Source: Bugula neritina
Taxonomy: Eukaryota; Animalia; Bryozoa
Length of the DNA stretch: 64,000 nucleotides
Assembly (NCBI GenBank): GCA_964035545.1
Contig: OZ037766.1
Coordinates: 8,298,722 to 8,362,721 of the forward strand
Direction of reading: 5' to 3'
The notes under the pieces were generated by a model that was not told the origin of the DNA, did no database searches, and was given only the letters and a program-made list of their open reading frames with translations. Both the position numbers and the translations under genes were made by a program. This document shows, one piece after another, positions 15,001 through 26,200 of this stretch (the stretch's first letter is position 1; the number at the start of each line of letters is the position of its first letter).

Positions 15001-16586
15001 ATTGTAACACGTTTGACTTTTTAAAAAATTGTAAATTTCAGGACCACCTCCACAGATGAATTTCAATTAGAACTCTAACTTCAAAGATATTTAGCACATT
15101 GAGCGCTGGATTAAAAATAACCTAATTTAAAACAATCAATAGGTCACTAGAAATCAAACCATTGAAGCTTTATTACAGCACTTACACTGTCCAAATCATA
15201 TGCAAAGTCGCCAACATGCAAAATCACATCAATAGTTCCTCTAGCTACTTCCTCCTGTAGCCTTGGAATAGACCGCCCGTTCACGCTGCCCATATCCCCA
15301 AAGGCAGCAATCCAAGGAGCCCAAGTTATGTCAGTCCTTCTGTTGGTGAAAAAGAACAAGTCACTCCAGCCTTGATCACTTCCGCAATGATAATCTACAG
15401 CAAAAAATCCACAATGTAACCACAAAAACTACTTATATAACTAAATTTATAAAAAATTGATATGTCTAAACTTATAACAACCATAAACCCATCGTTTATG
15501 TACTTACAGTACTTCATTCCAGGCTTAAGGTCTTGCAAAGTAACCCTGTGTATGTACCATATCCTGTTAGTGTCATTAGCATCAAAGAATTTAGTAACCT
15601 GCCCTTTGACAACGTTAGACAGGTAAGAAGAGCCAAACTCAACCACTGAATCAGTTGAATTATATGTAGTCCATGTCACCACCATCTGCATGTCAGTTTC
15701 TACAAATACATTTGATGACATAACATAGACAAGTAGAAATTTATTTGGTATTTTAATATTGCTCAAGTGTTCCAGTCAACATAAAGAGGCCATTCTCAAT
15801 AAGCATAACAAGTCAGTCACTGTTGATAATCCAATGCCATTACATAGAGAGTGCAGACTTCAGACCCACACCAAGGTAGAAAACAAGATAATTGAGACCA
15901 TGTGATTTGCTGTGGATACCTCACATTTTTGCTACCTTCCTGGGAAAGATACCGAGCTCAAAGTCTCTGTTGATTCAAAAACTCTGTTGATTATGAAATT
16001 ATTGATGCAAAAAATCACCCAAACGTTAAAAAGGTAAATGAAATTATAACAGTGAAACTATAACCCTCAAGGTATCATCTTGAAGAGGAATCCCAATTAT
16101 GTAGATAAAATTACCAAAATGGCGCCGGCACAACTACAAAATGCTTGGAACAAGGTGCCAAGAGCTGTGGAAAAGACACCATATTTTCTTTCAAGAGATG
16201 CTCAACATTTATCGGCCTGTTGTGATTTCAAAGTTAAAATGTGTTTGCTTATGTTTCTTTCCTTGCTTTTTGATGCATAGTTGCATTTAGAAGAAATCAG
16301 GAGAATAAGTACTTTAAGTTGAAAAGCTTGGAGTGCATATATTGTAAAGCTGTGGCCTACTGCTAGAGACAGTGTAACAGCAGAGAAACAGCAAGGCAAG
16401 ATAACATATATAGTTTATGTTTAAAAATGGTATACTTATAGGTATTTACTTGCCCCCATATGAAAGGTGAACGTGCATTGGGTAGACGTAAGCAGGAGCG
16501 CCATAACTCCCTGAAATGAAAAAACCAATTCCAAGAGCCTGAAATAATGTCGCAAATGCTACTCCAGTTAGTCCAAACATCTTCAT
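12037..16586 (-). CDS. ACP7: Acid phosphatase type 7 (purple acid phosphatase-like), 9 exons
   Basis: Exons approx. 16586-16454, 15699-15507, 15394-15186, 14359-14252, 13949-13771, 13431-13318, 12924-12748, 12448-12313, 12138-12037. Hydrophobic N-terminus, PMHVHLSYG-ETDMQMVVTWTT, and the metal-ligand motifs GDMG, HVGDFAY, GNHE, GHRPMY, WAHEHEYER, plus PVHIVTGSAGC. Confidence 0.93.
15870..16240 (+). mobile_element. Possible decayed Tc1/mariner transposase fragment in ACP7 intron 1
   Basis: Frameshifted pieces KQDN..., LQNAWNKVP and FQEMLNIYRPVVISK loosely resemble the Tc1 catalytic/C-terminal region (QQDN; LxxAWxxIP; ERMPRxCxAVIxAK). No TIRs were seen. Confidence 0.3.
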
Positions 16587-17209
16587 CTGGATTTTTAGTT
16601 AAATTTTACACCAGCTACTGCAACTCTTACTCTTAGCGCTACCCTGATATTCAACCTGAAATTGAATAGGAAATAAAAGTGCAATGTGATGGTCACTGCG
16701 ATAGCAGGATAATTAATAATAATTAGTATTAAATTCACTGAGCTGGAATATTATTGAGTTCGTTGATTAAATTTAATAGCCGTTTTAATTTTACGACCGC
16801 TTCTTCGAGAGTTCAGGGATCCCGTTCAGTTTTAACCACCAGTACTAAGTTTAGCTCAATAACTGCAAGACAATCACTACCAGTTTTGAATTACATAAAA
16901 TATCATACGATTAACAGAAAATCTATTGCTAACACCTACAGTAACAACTCTAAGTTAAAATTTTATCTACTAGTTTAACTAGACTCTAGAGTAGATAAAA
17001 TTTCAACTTAGTAGTTACTAATTACTGTTAGTGTTAGTAGTTGGTAAGTTACTAGTTAGGAATCGCCTAAATTATAAATAACATTATTATTATTAATAAT
17101 AATATAAATATTAGCTATAAAAATAATATCACCTTTTCGAATTTGAACTTTTAAAATTGAATGTTACTCGACAACTAAAAGTTTACTATCAGTATCTGTA
17201 AGACTAAGC

Positions 17210-17480
17210 AACAGCTATACATTCACAGCAAGGTCAGCTAAACGTGTTTGGCAACTACGTGCGACAATCGCCTTGTCAATGTGATCATCAGCTGGAGTTG
17301 TAAAAATAATAATAAACAATAATAATTATTGCTATTGCCAAGTCTAATTGACGTCCAATAAAACAGCATTACGATTTTTAGACCATGTCGCCAGTCGATT
17401 ACTAGTAGTTAGTTCAGCACGATTTGAAGACAACTCTAAAGTCTAGAGCCGTTATAACGAGCTTGGAGACCACTTGCTCA
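17210..17480. promoter_or_regulatory. Putative bidirectional promoter core between ACP7 (-) and MOSMO (+)
   Basis: Lies between divergent genes. Locally CpG-retaining (acgtgcgacaatcgcc, tgacgtcc, gtcgccagtcgat) and flanked on both sides by periodic AT-rich tracts. Position is inferred. Confidence 0.5.
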
Positions 17481-18800
17481 TAAAATCGTTATAATAATAA
17501 TCATCATAGTCATACCGACTCTGGGAGAAGTACAAAAGACAAAAGTAAATTATGATTATCTAATTAGTATTAGTATTATTCTATTGGTATTCACTCTGAG
17601 ACCGAGTACTAAGTGAGTAAGCTAGTCTAGTAAATCGATAATCAAACCAGAACACCAGTAGCCGTAGGCAGTATGAGTATGAGTATCAGTATGACTATCA
17701 CTATGACAATGATTCACTAACAATAACACTGAGCAAGTTTTTCACAACCACAAATTAGTGTGACTATCAGTATCACTATCATTATGATTATGACTATGAG
17801 TGTGAAAGTTGATAAATAAGTATAGCTATGCCTACTGCTAGGGCAGTCACTATCACTATGAGTATGAGTCTCACTATCACTAAAACTCCAGAAGTATGAT
17901 TTAATTTTATGGTTCTCATTATATTTAATTTTATCATCATGCTAATAACTTGAAGTGATATTCATATTAATTATTATCATTATGATGTCGATGATACTGT
18001 AAATCATTATAATTATGATTATTACCATAATCATAATGATGAGAACATGCTAAAGAGTTTGCATATAATACTATTAGTATTAGTATTACTATTACTATTA
18101 GTATATAAATATTGTAGTAGTTTCTTGACATTGACTATAAGATTAAGTCTGAGTAATGACTATCAGTACCAGTATCACCACGTCTATTAAGTATGAATTT
18201 ACAATAATGTCCACTAGTCACTATTGGCATTGCATTTACTATGAATAAGTGTAATGATCATCATACTCAATACTGGTAACTATGAATATGGTCATGCCTA
18301 TGGATAACTGAAAATCTGGTAAATATGCAAAGTGCAGTCATGCTCAGAAGTAATAACTCATACTGATAATGAATCGTCCCAATGAATATGATATTCCCTT
18401 ATATTCATATTGATATGATTAATATAATTATGATTATAAAATTGTCATTAAAAACCATGTTACTCAAACTGACATTTGTATTGCTATAGGGCATATGCAT
18501 AGCGATGCTCGTAAGCCATAGCCAATAGGGCTAGGAAATATGATTAATTGATTAAAAAAGAATTCAAAATTAAACTTAATGGTCCAGAAAAAAGTGAAAA
18601 TGTATATGAGAGATCTGTTTTATTATCTGTATTCTCAATGACAATTGCAATATTCAATACTAAAAATGAATACGATCTCAATTATCAATTCAATAATACC
18701 ATTATAATGATGATTGTCATTATGATCTTGATTAATTATTTAATTAGATCTAGTTACCAATAGTAATACTAATAGTAATAATCACTGAACTAGTACTAGA
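17480..18800. repeat. Degenerate periodic tract (SASTAT)n / (TAS)n / (ATATTS)n, S=G or C
   Basis: e.g. gtatgagtatgagtatcagtatgactatcactatgac (17671-17707) and tagtaatactaatagtaat (18761-18779). Confidence 0.8.
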
Positions 18801-19170
18801 ACTTACAGGTATTACCTAAAAGTAGAATTTACCTTTGCAAGGCTAGAAGTATTAAGACTGTGATTGAGATAAATTTCCTGGTAAAACGCTAAATTTGGCA
18901 GTATTGCAAATTTTTGCAAAGAATCACTCTAAATGCAGTTTGCATCTGCAGATTTTACTTTCTGAAAAAATACTGGCAATTATGAACATAATATTTAAGG
19001 GTGCGCAAGTTACTCTTTGTAGATGAATATATGTGACTTGTACCACAGCTCCATAGCATTGTATAAAATACTGATTACCTATAATATAATAAAACTGCAT
19101 CTGTTTATGTTGACTAAAATTTTCAAGAGCTAATAATTATAGGCTTCGATTTTTGCAGAGTTCTTTGAAA

Positions 19171-19722
19171 ATGGAACATGCTTTAAGGAGAGTTAGAGCT
19201 GAGCCATGGAATTATGTGGCAGCGGCATTTTATGGTTCAGCAACTATGCTAGCTGTAGTTAGCGTTTCCACTACTCATTGGCTAGTTGCAAAAAATGACG
19301 GAAACATGACTGTTGGTCTACTTTCTACATGTTTAGGTATAAATGGAAGATCTCCAGATCGCATATGTTACTCGCCACAGACAGTTCAACCTGAATGGAT
19401 TATGACTTTTTTGTTCATCGTTATAGGCATTCTTGGACTAACTGTAGCTACAGTTGCTAACATTGTGTCTTTTATTAGATACCCTTATGAAGCCCAAACT
19501 GTTACTAGGTTTGCAGGTCTTGTTGCAATTGTCTTCTTTAATTTGGCACAAATTGTGTTCCCATCAGCTTTTGGACAGGATCAAATAGGAGGTACAGCCT
19601 ACCAATTACCAGCTAACTTCAGTATAGGATTTTCTTACGCGATGTTCTTTGTGTCACATTGGTTTTGTGTGATTTCAGAACTATGTGCTGCAAAAATATG
19701 CCGCCCAAGGTGGCAATTTTAA
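19171..19722 (+). CDS. MOSMO: Modulator of Smoothened (C16orf52 homologue), 183 aa, single coding exon
   Basis: Four-TM claudin-like protein: W...TVGLLSTC..INGR..DRICYSP...PEWIMTFLFIVIGILGL, FPSAF..DQIGGTAYQLP.N..IGFSY, KICRP. This matches the remembered MOSMO sequence. An acceptor (ttttgcag, 19151-19158) precedes the ATG. Confidence 0.9.
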   Translation: MEHALRRVRAEPWNYVAAAFYGSATMLAVVSVSTTHWLVAKNDGNMTVGLLSTCLGINGRSPDRICYSPQTVQPEWIMTFLFIVIGILGLTVATVANIVSFIRYPYEAQTVTRFAGLVAIVFFNLAQIVFPSAFGQDQIGGTAYQLPANFSIGFSYAMFFVSHWFCVISELCAAKICRPRWQF

Positions 19723-20203
19723 TGTCATGTCAATTTGCTTATTTTATGATTTTTTATTGTCTGTGCATCTTATATATTTTTATATATTGCAATTTTATTT
19801 TTATTATCTATGTACAATAAAGATGTTGAATTTAACTTGTAATATCTATTTAAACTATTCATTATCCTAACAATTGATTTTAATAAATATTATCTGATGT
19901 AATAGGTGTATACTGCTATTTGTTAACTATCATCCTATTGTCTGAATATTAAATTGTAGACTAGGTTGTTTTAGGTTCAAATGAGTTGAATACTCTTAGT
20001 AAATTATTGTATTAGAGTGAAATTCATAAGATTTGATTTGGATATTTACAAATATTCAATCAATGTACAACAAAATTACAGTTTACATTTTGAAAAAATA
20101 TATATCTCTGTGATCATGGCCCCCTGTGAACACTCAAATATGACTAAAAAAACACATGATAAATTGAAATGGCCAACACACTCCAAAACAATGTATTTTA
20201 CAA

Positions 20204-23200
20204 CTAAATATCTCTATTTAGTAGTTCCAAAGCTGATTTCATGCATGGATGAATATTTAGTGAGTATTTTTCTCCAAGTTTTTCAGCTTGTAGCAAGAGT
20301 GCTGTATCTTCATACATCAATATGTTGATTAGGCATTTATTATATATGCTGTTCAAATCTGCAACATACATTATAGCAAAGTTGATGGGTGCAATGTAGC
20401 AAAATGGCTGTTTTTTTCTTTCATAATAACATCATGTAATGATATTCCTTAGGTTCTTTTGCATTTTCCATTTTAACTAGTATTCAAAACATATTTAAAA
20501 ATTGCATTTACATAAGGATTTATACAATTACAGGCAGCAATAAAACTAAGATGGCACCACCACCATGTTTACCTGGAATATTTTCTTGCTGTCTGATGAA
20601 ACTTGCAACCAAAGAAGGCTTTGTTGCTACAATATAAATTCAGAGCAACAGTTTTTTATGTATTCATATTTATTCTTTAGATAAAACATATTTAGTTATC
20701 ACATGCAGGAAGGAGAAAACCTTAGCAGAAATAGTAAAGCAAGAAATTCAATAAAATCTTTTAGCAATAATGCTGTGTACAAACTTGGGCGGTTTGAAAT
20801 ACACATCCAGCTCAAATTAAAGTACTGGAAATGCAATAATCTTGGCAGACAAAATGCTAGTCTACTTAAGCTCTTTGTGGTTCCCAGTAGCTCAACTTTT
20901 TTTAAAATTGATCAATAGCAACAGGACAATATAATATGCTTGTCGTGAATCCCCATGCCAAAATCTTGATTAGACACACCTCATATCGAGTGGCACCTGA
21001 ACAGACACTATTCTACATTGTTGAACAATTCAACGCCATAACCACCCACAAAGATTTTGACAAGTACAACAGAAATCAAAGAAAAAGGACACGCCTTGAA
21101 TTCATATAACACTTGTGCAAAATACAATTACTTTTAATTGAGGTTTCAATTACAGCTTATCCTATAATGATTAAATAAATACCAACACCACCAGATACAC
21201 CTGTTAGTCTGTTTATAACAGATCGATTTTTGATTGGCTAGCTTATTATCTCTTTTCTAGCACAGGTTTTGGAGTATGATAGCAGCATGCAGTCATAACA
21301 CTTGATTGTACTCGAGAAACATTTTGAATTACCATGTATGTGCAGAACTTCCATCAGAGCATTAAATACAGCTGTAGATGATGCATTTTCTTTTATAGTT
21401 GCCAAAAGCCTTTTGTACTCTACAACACAAAATTAAAAATTATCCTAAAAAAGAGATGTTATACAAATCCATGATTATTTCATTTTTAATGTTGCAAATA
21501 AACGCAGATAAAGACCAGGAAGTGAGTCAACCAACCTGTGAGTCCAAAGTGATTGCTATCAACATTTTCACTAATCAACTGAATATGTTGAACGCTGGGA
21601 ACTGTAACTTCAAGCTTAGCTGAGGGAGAGACACTAACTTTTTGTTTGAGCGAGTTCTGTTGAGTCGGGGCGCTACTTGACTTATCAATTTTAAGTTTTG
21701 AGTTATATATTTGAGATGCTGAAACTGAGAGAAAATTCATTCAATGTTATTTTCTCAGGCTATAGGTTCATGTGCAATTATTTTCAGGAGTGTCAGTAGA
21801 AAGAACTTGTGGACAGTGAGATGGAGAAAAGGGAAAGTCCAATAGCATCCGGATAGTGAGCAAAACAGATATACTTAGAAGCCAACTGTAACATAATAAC
21901 GGAAGCATGCAATTAGTCAGTAATAATCATGTATAAAAACATCACACATGAAAGAGGCAAAATATATTTTTCGTTTGTAGCTGCACGTACCTTGTACCCA
22001 GAAATAAAGACACCTCTAACTACCTTTTAGAAATGCAAATTAATGTAAGTTCTCTAATGAGCATAACATCAAAGTAAAAATGTTATGTGATAGTACATTA
22101 GATTTTGAAGCCAGATGTTGAACAGCTTCAATGTATTTGATGCCTGAATGAACTAACCGGAGGTTATCGATAGAAAGATAAAATGCATGCAGAACTCTAA
22201 CTAAACAATGGCTCCACCACCCCACCTCCATTTTCTAGATACAAGAGACATGTTAGAATATTAATGGCCAGCAAATACAAACTTAAAATACTAACATGCA
22301 TGCTTAAAAGAAGGCCTTTTTCACTCTACTTGCTGAATTAATTTATAAGTGCATGAAATCAACAATTAAAGCAAAACATATCAAATAAAATAAAATGTCA
22401 ACCTATTAAACTTGTTATGTGGCCAGGTACTAACAAAAATTGTTATTGGGTTGTCTGAAAAAATATAGTTATTTTTTATAATCAAAAACTAAAATTACTT
22501 GCACAATGGCCAACATAGTCAATACCATCACCAGGTTAGCATGACATAATAATACAAGACAGAGAGAGCCAAGACACTAAAAGTATCTATGGTTTGATTG
22601 GTGTAACCAACTAAATGAATGAATTAGAAATTTGGAAGTGTACATTGGTACAACAGCACTCACTATTATCTTGGCGTCTTGAGTTTAGTTTATTTCTCTG
22701 ATAATTATAACCTCTGCTGGATTCTGCGGTGACCATAGAAACGTCTTCAACATCTCCAGCTTCTGTGTCAACATATGCTTGCCATTCGTAGAAAGTTCTC
22801 CTTGGTTCTATGAACAGATTCCACAATAGTATCATAAACTATATTTCTAACAATAAAATTATTAAGCAAAAATTTTTTCGTCTAATATGATATAGAAAAC
22901 AAGAACTTAGCAGTTAATGTGGATTATTTTGTTTGTGAATCATGCATAATAAAACAATAACAGATAAGCCTTTTAAAAGGAAATAAACTCTGCTATTTCT
23001 GTGAGTGTGTTGGCGGTGCACCAAGTAAGAGTGGACAATACATTAAATGATGCCAAAAGAATTGAAGTCGGAAAAGTGGTAAATTTTTGTAGCTTATGCT
23101 TGAATAAAAAATTCTACCCAACAAGTTAAACCTATAGTTAGAGTCATATTATTATTTGCTAAAAGAACTAACACCTTTCCCAACATCAATATTGCTATTA

Positions 23201-26200
23201 GTATTACCATTACTTTCTTCTCGGTGTTTATAGAATAGTGTACTCTCTGGATATGAACTCATGTCATCAGCAGGCTCATTTAGATAATTGTAGCCATCAA
23301 ATTTCCGTCTTGAAGTTGAACTGGGCGTTTTGCTTGGTGGTAGTCGCTGAGAACTAGATGTTTGTGGTGGCGGTAACCATGGGCGCCGAGGTGATGGGCC
23401 TGATTGACGAATAGGCATTTGTTTTACATTAGAATTAGATCTATAATCAGGTTTAGTAGGTGAATCTAGAATTTCACCTTCTTCTAAATGAGAATAAATG
23501 TCATTAACCTCCTTAATCATCTCATAAAGTGGCGCGTGAATGTTTGAAGCTGGTGCTGTGAGTGTCACTTCTGGTTTACTAGCTGAAGCCATTAGAAGGT
23601 CGCCATTCAAAGGTGTCTTGCTAAATCTAGTAGGTAGACCCATAGCCTGCATAGCAAGTTCTTCCTCACTTAGCTCAAGTTCTGGCTCTTTACTGTCAGG
23701 TGGTGTACTGGGTATTCCTAGAAAAATAATTCAATCGTGAAGGAACACCATATGGAATAAATAGCAAGGGCAAGTAAAAAAATATACATATATATTAAGG
23801 AAATTGATAAGATAATCAACAATACTTGTTCGGCGCTTGGAAGATAGCAAAGGCGGAGGTAGTGGAGGAGGAACCATAGGCGAGTGAAGATCTTTCGACT
23901 TCCTCTTCACTGGCAAGCCTCGAGACTTGAAGTCATCTTTTTTAGGAGGTGGTAAAGAGTACAAAGAATCTTGCTTTCTTTGTGAAGGTTGAAAAACCTG
24001 AAATGGATCTTCATGGGAGGATGCGTGAAAAGGAAAATCGGGCAGCCGCTTTTTGCTCTGTTTGACAGAATTTTGCGAGTGATAATAATCTTCAGAATAC
24101 GGCAGAGAATGCAGTTGTTCTTGGTTACTGCTAAATGTAGAAAGAGAAGGGTAATATTTCTGCGGATCACCTCTGGGCAGTGGTGGAGGTAGAGGTTCAC
24201 ACTGTAGTTCTTCAGGTGGTGGTACGGGAAGAGGCGGTGTCCGTGGTGGGCTGGGCTTGGGAAGGGGCGGTACTCCATACCCTGGAGGCGGAGGGTAAGC
24301 ATCCATATCATCATCAGGCGGGGGTGGGGGCACATCTGGTGGTGGCTCATCTGGTGGTGGAGCTGACTCAGGCACAGGGGGTGGCGGGTGCTCTGGGGGA
24401 GGGGGTACGGGCTGAGAGACTGAATTGGATGCAGATACAAGCTTCTTAATCCTAGCCTTTCTTTCCTCATATTTATTATTTTTTACCATCTTTTCATTTT
24501 CAGACTTGAGTTCCTCTAAAATATAAAAACTTATCATTACATTAACCAGAAAAGTTCTGGCATGTTGCAAGATATTTGCTTATTATCATTATAATTAGCA
24601 AAGTACTGAAAATAGTCCAAACATTCCATATGCTGCTGTAGCTTCTTCAACACATGTTAGAAACCACATATCACTACCAACATGGTGTATAGTAGTTTTG
24701 GCACTTGCGATGTTACAATCAGCTAGATTTTTGGAAAACAAACATTCTGTCAATGTTCAGCACAGCAGTTGATGGAACATGTTACCAGAGTTACAAAAGT
24801 GGAATGCTCAAAGAATGAAGTGCTAACTTTTAAGATTTGGTAAATCAATTAAAATCTTGTGCTCTGAAATACCTTTGTTGAGTTTAGATCCAGACACTCC
24901 AGTGGCAACTGCAATCTGTTTAGAGATCTCCAGAGATATTCTGGCTATTTCGTCGAGCACTGATTGGCTCATTAACTCTCCTCCTTCAGGAATCTCAGGC
25001 TCATCTGTTCAAGGTGGAACAAAAACTGTCAATTATGCAACTCGACTAGCTTCCTTATTGGGTAAAGAGATGTCAATATAAGATTGAAAACAATACTCTG
25101 ACAGCAACTTTCTGAACACTTCCCACTTGAATTAGCCATGAAACCAACATATCATTTAAAACCACCATGTGAAATGAAAACCACTATATCATATTATATA
25201 ATATAGTAAATGAGCTTGCAACACATGGTAATTTGTGTTGAATAACTTGTATTGAATAATAGTTTAACACCGGCATATTTGGACCTAACCTGGTGGTTGA
25301 TTTGGAAGGCGTGAATCTGGCAGACTCTTCTTTTCTACAGGCGAACATAATTTGGAATCGACTTTATAAAAACCAGTCGGTGCTGCTTTCTTTTCAGCTG
25401 ATGCAGCTTGTGTCAGCTCCACTTCTTCTATTTGTAAAGCAGCATCCGATTTTTTCTTCAAACATTTGAAAAAAGAATGTAGAAATTATTTGTATAAACA
25501 TACATATTATTCAACAGTTCAAGCTAATAAGTGAAATATTACTCAAAGTTCTAATAGATATACATTTGGACAGTTCAATTACACCCCAAAGAACTTTTAG
25601 ATATACCTTAGGCAACAGCTTTATAGCAAACATCAACAGGACAGAAATTATGAGATCGAGATAGAAAGCAGTTATTAAGCATTTCATGTTTCACTAGAGA
25701 TAGGATAAATGGTGAGACCCTTAGTTTGATTGCATTATGGTCATTAGCAGGTGCATTGTAAAATACTCAGGCTATAAATATTACTGGGGTCGCTGGAATG
25801 AAGCTAATGTTGTAGAAAATGAAAAAGAAATTTTTAGAAATAAAATTGACCATGTTTCTACAGGGTGAACAGACAGTAAACAAGTTTTACCTTTTGTTCA
25901 AATGCCTCTAGCCGAAGCTTTTCCAATTTTTCTTGCTCGACTCGCAATTGTTCCCGCTCAGCTTGCAGCTTTGCAAGTTCTTTTGCTATACTTTTCTTTG
26001 CGACTTCTTCAACTATCAAAGATGCATCATATTATATAAATAAATGGCACAATAAAATGAGAGAACAGCATGGCATGAAATTAGGCTACAAATACCCATA
26101 TTTAATATGGGTCATTTTACTTTATTTAGCACATATCAGCAAATTAGGATCAGCAATTGAAATTGATTTGAAGTCATAAAAAATTCAACAGGTTGGGGTA

